Shown here piece after piece: positions 7,362 to 16,402 of a DNA stretch of 42,925 nucleotides. This DNA is from Candidatus Tenderia sp. (GTDB taxonomy: Bacteria; Pseudomonadota; Gammaproteobacteria; Tenderiales; Tenderiaceae). Where the stretch lies: assembly GCA_031416075.1 (NCBI GenBank), contig JANOSY010000075.1, positions 1 to 42,925 on the forward strand. Reading direction: 5' to 3'. The notes under the pieces were generated by a model. That model did not search any database and was not told where the DNA came from. It saw only the letters and a program-made list of their open reading frames with translations. Numbering within the stretch: the stretch's first letter is position 1; each line of letters starts with the position of its first letter. Position numbers and translations under genes: made by a program.

Positions 7362-8714
7362 ATGAAAAACAGTAATATCATTACCCGCGACCTATCCACC
7401 CTCTGGCACCCCTGCTCCCAGATGAAGGACCACGAGTGGCTGCCCCTGGTACCGATCAAACGCGGTGAAGGGGTCTGGCTGGAGGACTTTGAGGGCAAGC
7501 GCTATCTCGACGCCATCAGCTCCTGGTGGGTCAATATGTTTGGTCACTGCAATCCACGTATCAACGATCGCATCAAGGCGCAGCTCGATACCCTCGAACA
7601 TGTGATCCTCGCGGGTTTTAGCCACGAGCCTGTTGTTGAACTGTCAGAACGGCTGATCAAGATCACCCCAGCGGGACTCACTCGCTGTTTTTATACTGAC
7701 AACGGCTCCTCCGCCATTGAGGCGACGCTAAAGATGAGCTTTCACTACTGGCTCAATTTGGGGCAGCCACGCAAAACCAAATTCATCACTCTGAGTAATA
7801 GTTATCACGGCGAGACCTTGGGCGCGCTGGCGGTGGGTGATGTAAAACTCTTTAAAGATACCTACGCTCCACTGCTGATGACACCGATCACCGTTACCAG
7901 CCCCGACTGCTACTTCCGTGAAACAGGCGAAAGCGAGGCCGACTACTCCACCCGCCTGTTTGCCAAGATGGAGCAGACCCTGGCGCAACACCATGACGAA
8001 GTCTGCGCGGTGATTGTGGAGCCGCTGGTGCAGTGTGTTGGTTCGATGCGGATGTATGACCCGGTCTATCTGAAACTGCTACGCAAGGCGTGTGACCACT
8101 ACGGCGTCCATCTGATCACCGATGAGATCGCCGTCGGCTTTGGCCGCACCGGCACCCTGTTTGCCTGCGAACAGGCGGACATCACCCCCGACTTCATGTG
8201 TCTCTCAAAGGGGATCACTGGCGGTTATTTACCACTGGCGGTGGTGATGACCCACGACCATATCTACCAGGCCTTTTATGATAATTACGAGAAGATGAAC
8301 GCCTTTCTACACTCCCACAGCTACACCGGCAATCCGCTGGGGTGTGCGGCGGCGCTGGCGACACTCGACATCTTTGAACAGGATAACATCATCGAAAACA
8401 ACAAGGCGCTGTCGCAGCACATGGGTAACGCCGTCGCCCATCTGCGCGACCACCCCCACGTGGCAGAGGTACGCCAGCATGGCATGATCATCGCCATGGA
8501 GATGGCCAAGGATAAAAACACCAAAGAGCCCTACCCCTGGCAGGAGCGGCGTGGCCTGCGTGTCTACCAACATGCACTCAGCCGTGGCGCGCTGCTGCGG
8601 CCAATGGGCAACGTCATCTATTTTATGCCGCCGTACGTGATCACCCCGGAGCAGATCGACTTTCTCGCCGAGGTGGCCACTGAAGGCATTGATATCGCCA
8701 CAAGGGCAGAGTGA
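7362..8714 (+). CDS. bioA: Adenosylmethionine-8-amino-7-oxononanoate transaminase
   Basis: WHPCSQMK, DAISSWW, DEIAVGFGRTG and SKGITGGY motifs; start trimmed to MKNSNII. Confidence 0.95.
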   Translation: MKNSNIITRDLSTLWHPCSQMKDHEWLPLVPIKRGEGVWLEDFEGKRYLDAISSWWVNMFGHCNPRINDRIKAQLDTLEHVILAGFSHEPVVELSERLIKITPAGLTRCFYTDNGSSAIEATLKMSFHYWLNLGQPRKTKFITLSNSYHGETLGALAVGDVKLFKDTYAPLLMTPITVTSPDCYFRETGESEADYSTRLFAKMEQTLAQHHDEVCAVIVEPLVQCVGSMRMYDPVYLKLLRKACDHYGVHLITDEIAVGFGRTGTLFACEQADITPDFMCLSKGITGGYLPLAVVMTHDHIYQAFYDNYEKMNAFLHSHSYTGNPLGCAAALATLDIFEQDNIIENNKALSQHMGNAVAHLRDHPHVAEVRQHGMIIAMEMAKDKNTKEPYPWQERRGLRVYQHALSRGALLRPMGNVIYFMPPYVITPEQIDFLAEVATEGIDIATRAE

Positions 8715-9448
8715 TGCGGACCCCAAGAATTTATCTACCGGCACCACTACAGAGCGGTATCACCATCGAACTGGACAACAACGGTTTCAGCCACGCCGTG
8801 CGGGTACTGCGCCTCACGCAAGGTTCGCCACTCACCCTCTTTAATGGCGAGGGTGGCGAATATGCAGCCACCCTGTGTAGTGTGGAGAAAAAACGGGCCA
8901 GTGCGACCATTGGTGAATACTCACCACGGGAGTCTGAATCCCCCCTGCCCATCATCCTTGGGCAATGTATATCCCGTGGCGAGAAGATGGATTTCACCCT
9001 TCAAAAGGCGGTAGAGCTGGGGGTGACCGAGATTGTGCCGCTCTTCAGCGAACGGTGTGGTGTCAAACTCGACAAAGAGCGCAGCGACAAACGCACCAGC
9101 CACTGGCAGAACACCATCATCAGCGCCTGTGAACAATCTGGACGTAACCGTCTGCCACAACTACACTCACCGCTAACGCTGGGACAGTGGCTCGGCACCC
9201 TTGAGGCCTCCTGCAAGTTGGTACTCGACCCTTGTGCCAGCCACTCACTACCCCAACTGCCCAGGCCAGAAAAAAACCTTGCCCTGCTGATTGGTCCCGA
9301 AGGGGGATTCAGTGACACCGAGATTGACCACGCCACCCGAACCGGCTTCACCGGCATTCGCCTCGGACCACGCATTTTACGTACCGAAACCGCCGGACTG
9401 ACCGTCCTCAGCGCCATTCAGCTGTTATGGGGCGATTTGGGGCAATAG
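8711..9448 (+). CDS. rsmE: 16S rRNA m3U1498 methyltransferase
   Basis: HAVRVLRL, QKAVELGV, IGPEGG and LGPRILRTETA motifs. Confidence 0.96.
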   Translation: MMRTPRIYLPAPLQSGITIELDNNGFSHAVRVLRLTQGSPLTLFNGEGGEYAATLCSVEKKRASATIGEYSPRESESPLPIILGQCISRGEKMDFTLQKAVELGVTEIVPLFSERCGVKLDKERSDKRTSHWQNTIISACEQSGRNRLPQLHSPLTLGQWLGTLEASCKLVLDPCASHSLPQLPRPEKNLALLIGPEGGFSDTEIDHATRTGFTGIRLGPRILRTETAGLTVLSAIQLLWGDLGQ

Positions 9449-9529
9449 CGCTCAAATCACCGGCAAAAAAAGTAGTATTTACTGAATTTCTAATATACAA
9501 AAACAGCACACGTGTTTCGCTTTTTTGCA

Positions 9530-9556
9530 TCAAGAAATTCAGTGCCGGGCCGATTT
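9530..9556 (+). promoter_or_regulatory. Putative sigma28 (FliA) promoter
   Basis: TCAAG-N14-GCCGATTT upstream of a REC-CheC/GGDEF pair. Confidence 0.5.
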
Positions 9557-9639
9557 AAACCGTGCCGAAGTTCAATATCGCAGGGTAAACCAATGGATAC
9601 CGGCTACCGATCAGGGACAGAGAGAAATATGAGAACCCC

Positions 9640-10659
9640 ATGAGCATTCCAATCATCATCTGCGACGACTCCAGTGTTGCCAGAAAACTGGTGGCACGTG
9701 CATTGCCAACAGGTTGGGATGTTGAGATCACCTATGCCACCAATGGCCGTGAGGGAATTAACGCCATCGCCGCCGGCAAGGGAGATGTAATATTTCTCGA
9801 CCTCACCATGCCCGAGATGGACGGTTTTGACGTCCTTGAATATATCCGCGCCCAGGATCTGCAGACCGTACCCATTGTTATATCCGGCGACATACAACCA
9901 GAGAGTTATCAACGAGTGATGAAATTAGGTGCCTTAGCCTTTATTAAAAAACCGGTAGAGCCGGAAGAGCTGTGCAAAATTCTTGACGAATACGGCGTAC
10001 TGGACATCCTCACGGGTGCTGACAAAAGTACCAAACCCGCCACTGTCACACCCGTGCAGGAAGAGACCCTGGATTTTAGTGACTGGTGTCAGGAGATATC
10101 CAATATCGCCATGGGGCGCGCCGCCGATCTCATCTCAAATATGATAGATGGCACGGTGCAGCTCTCCATCCCCAAGGTCACCACGCTTAAGGCCAGTGAC
10201 CTGAACATGATGCTTGAGTCTGTTGGTTCAGACAGAGAGATTTTTGCTATTAATCAAGGTTTTATCGGCAAAAATATTGCCGGTGAAACAATGATTATGT
10301 TCGAACAGCGGGACACCGCAAAGGTCGCCCAGTTGATGGGGCATCCCGGCGAAACCGATGCGGAGACCATACATGAGCTGACCATCGATATGGCCAATAT
10401 CCTGGTCGGGGCTTTTTTAAAAGGGTTTTCTGACCAGCTGGATATCAGCCTCAGTCAAGGCTACCCTGAGATCTACCTGCATCAGGAAGGCAACAATATG
10501 CAGGAGCGCCGGACCGGACGGGTCAACGGTATCCTGGCCATTGAACAGAGTTATAAACTCGGGCCAGAGCTGATCCACTGCGACCAGTTGATCCTCTTCA
10601 CCCCCGCATCACAACAAGCGTTGAAACTCCAAATCGACTACTCCATGGGAATACTATGA
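9640..10659 (+). CDS. Response regulator with C-terminal CheC-like phosphatase domain
   Basis: Receiver motifs CDDS, LDLTMP and KP; CheC-type (E/D)xxN motifs EISNI and DMANI. Confidence 0.85.
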   Translation: MSIPIIICDDSSVARKLVARALPTGWDVEITYATNGREGINAIAAGKGDVIFLDLTMPEMDGFDVLEYIRAQDLQTVPIVISGDIQPESYQRVMKLGALAFIKKPVEPEELCKILDEYGVLDILTGADKSTKPATVTPVQEETLDFSDWCQEISNIAMGRAADLISNMIDGTVQLSIPKVTTLKASDLNMMLESVGSDREIFAINQGFIGKNIAGETMIMFEQRDTAKVAQLMGHPGETDAETIHELTIDMANILVGAFLKGFSDQLDISLSQGYPEIYLHQEGNNMQERRTGRVNGILAIEQSYKLGPELIHCDQLILFTPASQQALKLQIDYSMGIL

Positions 10660-11615
10660 GCGAAACCGATAGCTCAATTGATGAATTACATGAGCTGCTC
10701 AGCATCCTCCAGCATGTCGATGTTGGTTTGGTGATGCTCGATCTCGACTGCAACATCCTGCTCTGGAACAGCTTTATGGAGAACCATAGCGGCATGGGCC
10801 GTGCCGACGTGGCTGGCAAAAGCCTGTTTGAACTCTTCCCCAACATCTCCCGTGAGTGGTTTAGCAAAAAGATTGACGCCGTCGCCCATCTCAACAGCCG
10901 TTCGTTCAGCGTCTGGAAGCAGCGCCCCTTTTTAATGAAGTTTCAGAGCTACCGCCCCATCACCAGCCGCTCGGAATGGATGTACCAGAATGTCACCATC
11001 TTCCCGATTGTCAGTTTACGAGGCACTGTCGATAAGGTCTGCCTGATGATCTACGACGTCACGGACATGGCACTGAGGGAGCAGAGTATCCAGACCGCCA
11101 ACCAACAGCTTGAAGAGCTGAGCAAGGTGGATGGCCTGACCCAGCTGCTAAACCGCCGCGCCTGGGAAGAGCTGCTTAGCATTGAGTACAAACGCCTGTT
11201 ACGCAGCCAGGCCACCAGTACCCTGGTGATGTTGGATATCGACCACTTTAAACGTGTCAATGATAACTATGGTCATCAGGCCGGTGATGAAATTATCCGC
11301 ATGGTCTCACAACAGCTGCGCCAGCAAAAACGTGACAGCGACATCGCCGGGCGTTACGGCGGCGAAGAGTTTGGCGTCATCCTCCCCGATACCAATGGAC
11401 AGGGCGGTATTGTCTTCTGTGAACGGCTCCGCAAGGCCATCGAATCAACCGTGGTTGAGTACGATGGCAAACCCATCCCGGTCACTGTCAGTCTGGGGTT
11501 GGCGGAGGTCAGCTTTGACAGTGATACCCACATCAAGTGGCTACAACACTCAGACGAGGCGCTGTATGCCTCCAAAGAAAATGGGCGCAACCGCTGTACG
11601 CTCTCGGAAAAATAG
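10656..11615 (+). CDS. PAS-GGDEF diguanylate cyclase
   Basis: DGLTQLLNRR, DIDHFKRVND, RDSD I-site and GGEEF; N-terminal PAS; overlaps the upstream stop codon. Confidence 0.94.
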   Translation: MSETDSSIDELHELLSILQHVDVGLVMLDLDCNILLWNSFMENHSGMGRADVAGKSLFELFPNISREWFSKKIDAVAHLNSRSFSVWKQRPFLMKFQSYRPITSRSEWMYQNVTIFPIVSLRGTVDKVCLMIYDVTDMALREQSIQTANQQLEELSKVDGLTQLLNRRAWEELLSIEYKRLLRSQATSTLVMLDIDHFKRVNDNYGHQAGDEIIRMVSQQLRQQKRDSDIAGRYGGEEFGVILPDTNGQGGIVFCERLRKAIESTVVEYDGKPIPVTVSLGLAEVSFDSDTHIKWLQHSDEALYASKENGRNRCTLSEK

Positions 11616-11629
11616 ACTTTTGTCTGTGA

Positions 11630-11765
11630 ATCTAACGCCAAGTTCAGCGACAGTTTGTAAGTTGCGCGTTGTGGAATACTTTTGCAAAGCAAAACCACAA
11701 AAGCGCGATTTACAAACTGTCCAGTGGAGGCAAAGCCGTAACAGTGCTGCAACGCCTTGTTACAA
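11630..11765 (-). mobile_element. attC recombination site (136 bp)
   Basis: Minus strand: TTGTAAC-AAGGC-GTTGCAGC ... GCTGAAC-TTGGC-GTTAGAT, with the extra base in L''. Long internal inverted repeat GACAGTTTGTAAGTTGCGC/GCGCGATTTACAAACTGTC. Confidence 0.88.
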
Positions 11766-11769
11766 TTTT

Positions 11770-11942
11770 TTAACTTTTTGATTTTTCAGGTTTGTAGTAT
11801 TTTTTGTTACTTAATATAGGGCTTTCTGGATCTGAGTTTGCATTTCGCAAAACTTCGCTATTTTTTGGTTTATTAGCTTATTCCAGTCGGTTTTGCTGGC
11901 TGGTTTAACTTTACTTCCTAGTTCAATGCTATTTTTTTTCAT
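11770..11942 (-). pseudogene. Second antitoxin-like paralogue, frameshifted in an A6 tract
   Basis: Frame 0 reads MKKNSIELGSKVKPASKTDWNKLINQK. One extra A at plus-strand T6 (11861-11866) continues NSEVLRNANSDPESPILSNKKYYKPEKSKS*, stopping 4 nt before attC R''. Confidence 0.7.
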
Positions 11943-12114
11943 TTGGGTGAACTCTTTTAAATTTTTTTAGCTCTTCTTCAGTGGGGAGTACGCTATCAGG
12001 GTCTTCTTTTGCTGCCTTTTCTATTTCTTCGTCGGTCATGTTTTTTAGACGTTCGTAATCAGTTTTGCTTTTTAATTTTTTTAGCTCTTCTAGCGTGTAT
12101 GTTTTTTCAGACAT
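11929..12114 (-). CDS. Short antitoxin-like protein (BrnA N-terminal-like, no C-terminal DNA-binding domain)
   Basis: SKTDYERLKNMTDEEI...DPD motif; immediately downstream of the BrnT toxin; AGGTG RBS. Confidence 0.75.
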   Translation of the reverse strand: MSEKTYTLEELKKLKSKTDYERLKNMTDEEIEKAAKEDPDSVLPTEEELKKFKRVHPNEKK

Positions 12115-12124
12115 TTTATTTCAC

Positions 12125-12409
12125 CTATTGGCCAATTTGAGAGTTATAGATTGCCTTTTCTTTTGTGCTTGCTTTGCGAGCAGATATAAGCCTACGCTTT
12201 GTGTTATTGTCTCTATGCGTGTAAACGACAAATAGTAGCCCTGGCATTGCATAGCCGATTGTTTGAAGGCGCTCCTCTCCGTAGTTTTGTCGCTCGTCAA
12301 TGGTTTCAATTCGATTGGGATCGTTAAAAATTTCTGCTGCATCAAGAAAATCAATTCCGTGTTTATTTAAGTTAATGATTCGCTTTTTTTCATCCCACGT
12401 GTAGATCAT
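12125..12409 (-). CDS. brnT: BrnT family toxin
   Basis: WDEKK..NLNKHGIDF, YGEER and RRLISARKA motifs; AAGGAG RBS. Confidence 0.93.
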   Translation of the reverse strand: MIYTWDEKKRIINLNKHGIDFLDAAEIFNDPNRIETIDERQNYGEERLQTIGYAMPGLLFVVYTHRDNNTKRRLISARKASTKEKAIYNSQIGQ

Positions 12410-12424
12410 GAATATTTCTCCTTA

Positions 12425-12469
12425 TCGTAACACAGGGCTAATGACATAAAGCGACATAACCCGTTAGCC
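12425..12469 (-). other. Cassette entry core site within an attI-like simple site
   Basis: Minus strand: TTATGTC direct repeat x2, then CATTAGC-CCTGT-GTTACGA. GTTACGAT matches the reverse complement of the cassette R'' (GTTACAAT) at 7/8. Confidence 0.55.
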
Positions 12470-12521
12470 ATCAGCTCCCCGCCATTCGTGGCTCGCCAGT
12501 TCACCTCGAACGGCGGGGTAT

Positions 12522-14351
12522 TTGCCCCCCCCTATACTCATCCATCAGTACCCCCCAGTCAATATGACAACATTGCAGTTTGACCCCAAAAGCTGCACAA
12601 TCGCCACCGTATTTAGCCGTTCTCCAGTCGAGACCTACCACTTGTTACACCGTCTAAAATCCCTGATACACGCCCCGTGGCTACGCGCTGTTCTGGCAAC
12701 GGTTATGTTTATAGCCGTACTGTATGGCTATGAGATGTCGGTGGCCCTGCTGGGTGGGTTTGACCACTACCGCTTTTTTGAACGCTGGTTTGAGCTTGGG
12801 TTTGTTGTTTATATCTACCTGATCAGCTATCTGATTTTAAAACCGGGGCGCTGGCGAGCCCTGCAAGCGGCACTCCCCATCCTGTTGATATATGTGGTAC
12901 AGGATATTTTTTACCACTTTTATGGAAAAGTATTCCGCATCATAGAAGTACTGGAGTTACCCGAACTGCTTCAGGTACTGCCACTCACCTACAGCATCCC
13001 GATAGTGTTGATACTGTTACTGCCACTGCTGTGGCTGATGCATTATATCGATTACCAGAAACGGCTCTTGATCCTCATCGGCTCCGCGCCACTACTGGCC
13101 ATCATTGCGCTACTGGAGTTTATGCCACAGGGTTACACATCGCTGATCGATAACCATGGCAACCAGATCACCACCTACTCCGACAGTTTTAGCGTCATCA
13201 ATAACGGTCGTCTGACCATGCTCTTTTACCGCGAGGCAAAACGTGTCGAGGCACTGGCGGCCACCCACCCCTATCGTAACCGTGACGCCTATACGGCAGA
13301 AAACGACCGGTTTGCAACGCAGCTGAAACAGCACAGCAACCAGCGTAACGTACACCTGATTGTGCTGGAGAGTTTTCTTGATCCAACACTCTTTAAAAAG
13401 GCCCGGTTCAGCCAGGACCCCGTACATCCCGACTTTACAACGCTGTTTGGTGACCAACTGGGCCTCTCCATCTCCCCGGTCTTTGGCGGGGGTACGGCAC
13501 AAGCAGAGTTTGAGGTATTGTGTGGCACACCGGCCATGGAGCGGCTGACCAGTGTTGAGTTCAATCTATTCACCGGTAAATCAGCCGAATGTCTGCCGGC
13601 TATTTTTAACCGGCTTAACTACCGCACCGTGGCCACCAACGCCTATCGCCCCAATTTTTTCAATGCAATCCCGGCCTATAAAGGGGCCGGTTTTAAGGAG
13701 ACCTACTTCCCGCGCGAGTATGCGGGCAGCAACCCCACCTACTACAGCAACGGTGATGACGCCGATGATGATTATATCTTTGACGGTGCGCTACTCACCC
13801 AAAATGCTGCGTTTGTCGAACAACATATGCGCGACCATCCTGATCAGCCGCTGATCAACTACATTATGACGGTGTATGGCCATACGCCACACATCCTCGA
13901 TACCCACAAACGGCCAGAACTAATCCAAGTGATTGCCGACCATCAGGATGAACATCTGCAACGGGCCACCAACCAGTTCTATTACCGGACCCAGGCAATT
14001 GCTGCCTACGTACGTAAACTGGTCGCCATCGATCCACAGAGCATCATCATCCTTGTCTCTGACCATGTCCCACCACTGCTCTACGGCCCTACCACCTACG
14101 AGAAGCTGGACTACCTCGACAACCGTGAAACCTTGCCATACCTTAACCGGCTCATGGTGATCGAAAATGGCGAGACCAAACTCTATAAAACAGCTCACCA
14201 CTACGAACTCAACGCCATGGTCTACAACTACATCAGCGGCGGCGACTACTGTCACAACAACCGCTGTCCACATCTAAAGCCAGAAACCGCTATCGCCAAA
14301 GAGGATTACCTTGAGCAGTATATGCGGCTGATGGCCCACGCCTCAGAGTAG
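12522..14351 (+). CDS. LTA synthase / sulfatase-superfamily membrane protein (true start probably downstream, e.g. ~12642)
   Basis: N-terminal TM segments; IVLESF, GGGTAQAEFE (catalytic Thr), GH and SDH motifs. Confidence 0.88.
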   Translation: MPPPILIHQYPPVNMTTLQFDPKSCTIATVFSRSPVETYHLLHRLKSLIHAPWLRAVLATVMFIAVLYGYEMSVALLGGFDHYRFFERWFELGFVVYIYLISYLILKPGRWRALQAALPILLIYVVQDIFYHFYGKVFRIIEVLELPELLQVLPLTYSIPIVLILLLPLLWLMHYIDYQKRLLILIGSAPLLAIIALLEFMPQGYTSLIDNHGNQITTYSDSFSVINNGRLTMLFYREAKRVEALAATHPYRNRDAYTAENDRFATQLKQHSNQRNVHLIVLESFLDPTLFKKARFSQDPVHPDFTTLFGDQLGLSISPVFGGGTAQAEFEVLCGTPAMERLTSVEFNLFTGKSAECLPAIFNRLNYRTVATNAYRPNFFNAIPAYKGAGFKETYFPREYAGSNPTYYSNGDDADDDYIFDGALLTQNAAFVEQHMRDHPDQPLINYIMTVYGHTPHILDTHKRPELIQVIADHQDEHLQRATNQFYYRTQAIAAYVRKLVAIDPQSIIILVSDHVPPLLYGPTTYEKLDYLDNRETLPYLNRLMVIENGETKLYKTAHHYELNAMVYNYISGGDYCHNNRCPHLKPETAIAKEDYLEQYMRLMAHASE

Positions 14352-14447
14352 TCACTGCCCATTAATACACCACCACAAAGTACAACCCAACAGTATCGAT
14401 TACCGTTACTATAAGTCGCTCAGCTGATAGCCAGACAGAACCTACCC

Positions 14448-15698
14448 ATGACCAGTCGCCCTACTGAACTTAGCCAGATCATTGCCCAGGAAAAACCCCG
14501 CCGTCGCAAAATGGTTTTTATCATCGTGCTGATTGTCATCGCGCTGCTGCTCTTCGCCCGGTTTGGCAGTCACGAACAGAAGCAGCCCACCTTTACCACT
14601 GCCACCGTAGAGCGTGGCGACCTGATCACCACGGTTACCGCTACGGGCACCTTGGCACCACTCAACCAGGTGGATGTGGGCAGCGAAGTATCCGGGGTAA
14701 TTGAGTCGATCAGCGTTGATTTTAATGATCGTGTAAAACGTGGTCAGGTGCTGGCACGGATCAATACCGACGAACAGCAGGCCCGTGTTGTGCAGTCACG
14801 TGCGGCGCTGGAGGTAGCGGAGGCGCGGGTGCTGCAGGCCAGTGTCACGGTACGGGAGAGCCAACATAAACTGGCGCGCTGCGAAACATTGTCACAACAG
14901 GGCTACTGTCCGTCCCAGGAGCTGGAGACACTACAGGCCAACCGTGACCGTGCGGTGGCTGACGAGGCCAGCGCCAAGGCACAGGTATCGCAGGCCAAGG
15001 CCACTCTGAACGCCGATCAGACACGCCTGGCCAAGGCCGTCATCCGCTCCCCCATTGACGGTGTTGTGCTTAAACGCGCCATAGAGCCTGGCCAGACCGT
15101 GGCGGCATCGCTGCAGGCCCCCATTCTTTTTACACTGGCCGAAAACCTCAGCCAGATGGCGCTGCATGTCTCCGTCGATGAGGCCGACATCGGCCAGGTA
15201 CACGTCGGACAGAAGGCGACATTCAGCGTCGACGCCTACAACGAACAGGGTTTTGCCGCCACCCTCACCCAGGTCCGGATGGCACCGCAAAACAGTGGCG
15301 GGGTGGTGAGCTACGAGACCATCCTTGCCGTCGACAACCAGGCCCTGACACTGCGCCCCGGCATGACGGCCACCGCCCGAATTGTGGTGCAGGAGATTAA
15401 GGGGGCGCGGCTGCTGCCCAACGCCGCGCTGCGCTTTACCCCCCCGGTGGTCAGCACCACAGAAGATCAAAACCTGATGGATAAACTCTTGCCCCGTTGG
15501 GGCAATCGCAACAGCAGTCGCGACAAAAACGAGCAGCAGAGCCGACAGAAACAGGTCTGGATATTAAAAGAGCAGCGCCCCATGGCCATCACCCTGCAGA
15601 CCGGTGCCAGCGATGGCCGCACCACCGAAATCATCGAGGGGGATCTGCAGCCGGGCAGCGAAGTATTAACCGGCATGACCGGTGGCCCGGCGCAATGA
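14448..15698 (+). CDS. MacA-like periplasmic adaptor (membrane fusion protein)
   Basis: TM anchor; VDVGSEVSG, IRSPIDGVV, VDEADIG and LRPGMTA motifs. Confidence 0.92.
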   Translation: MTSRPTELSQIIAQEKPRRRKMVFIIVLIVIALLLFARFGSHEQKQPTFTTATVERGDLITTVTATGTLAPLNQVDVGSEVSGVIESISVDFNDRVKRGQVLARINTDEQQARVVQSRAALEVAEARVLQASVTVRESQHKLARCETLSQQGYCPSQELETLQANRDRAVADEASAKAQVSQAKATLNADQTRLAKAVIRSPIDGVVLKRAIEPGQTVAASLQAPILFTLAENLSQMALHVSVDEADIGQVHVGQKATFSVDAYNEQGFAATLTQVRMAPQNSGGVVSYETILAVDNQALTLRPGMTATARIVVQEIKGARLLPNAALRFTPPVVSTTEDQNLMDKLLPRWGNRNSSRDKNEQQSRQKQVWILKEQRPMAITLQTGASDGRTTEIIEGDLQPGSEVLTGMTGGPAQ

Positions 15699-16402
15699 GC
15701 AGTGCGGCCCCACTCATCACCCTGCACGACCTGAGTAAGAGCTACGGCCAGGGTGATGCCAAGGTGAACGCCCTCTGCAACATCAACCTGCAGATCAACA
15801 GTGGTGAATTTGTGGCCATGATGGGCCCCAGTGGTTCTGGCAAATCGACCTGCATGAACATTCTTGGCTGCCTTGATACCCCAAGTACCGGCCAATACCT
15901 GTTTCAGGGGGAGGCCGTGGAGCAGTTATCCCGCAACCAACGCGCCTTATTACGTCGCCACTACATCGGTTTTGTCTTTCAGGGGTTTAACCTGCTGGCG
16001 CGTACCAGCGCACTGGAAAATGTCGAGCTGCCACTCATCTACCGCCGCATCCCCAAGTCCGAGCGCCGCGCCCGCGCCCGCGCCGCCCTCGCGGCGGTTG
16101 GGCTGGAGGGACGTGAAAGCCATACCGCTGCTGAACTCTCCGGCGGCCAGCAGCAGCGAGTCGCCATCGCCCGCGCACTGGTCACCGAGCCAGCAGTACT
16201 GCTGGCAGACGAACCCACCGGCAACCTCGATAGCGAACGCAGCCACGAGATCATGGCGCTGCTCACCCAACTCAATCACGACAACGGCATCACCATCATT
16301 ATGGTGACCCACGAGCACGACATTGCCGCCTTTGCCAAACGCACCCTTCACTTTGTAGACGGTGCCATCCAGCAGGCAGCGGTCAACGGGGCATCACTCT
16401 GA
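15695..16402 (+). CDS. ABC transporter ATP-binding protein (MacB/LolD type)
   Basis: [17 protein letters not shown] and [10 protein letters not shown]; ATGA overlap with the upstream gene. Confidence 0.95.
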   Translation: MSSAAPLITLHDLSKSYGQGDAKVNALCNINLQINSGEFVAMMGPSGSGKSTCMNILGCLDTPSTGQYLFQGEAVEQLSRNQRALLRRHYIGFVFQGFNLLARTSALENVELPLIYRRIPKSERRARARAALAAVGLEGRESHTAAELSGGQQQRVAIARALVTEPAVLLADEPTGNLDSERSHEIMALLTQLNHDNGITIIMVTHEHDIAAFAKRTLHFVDGAIQQAAVNGASL

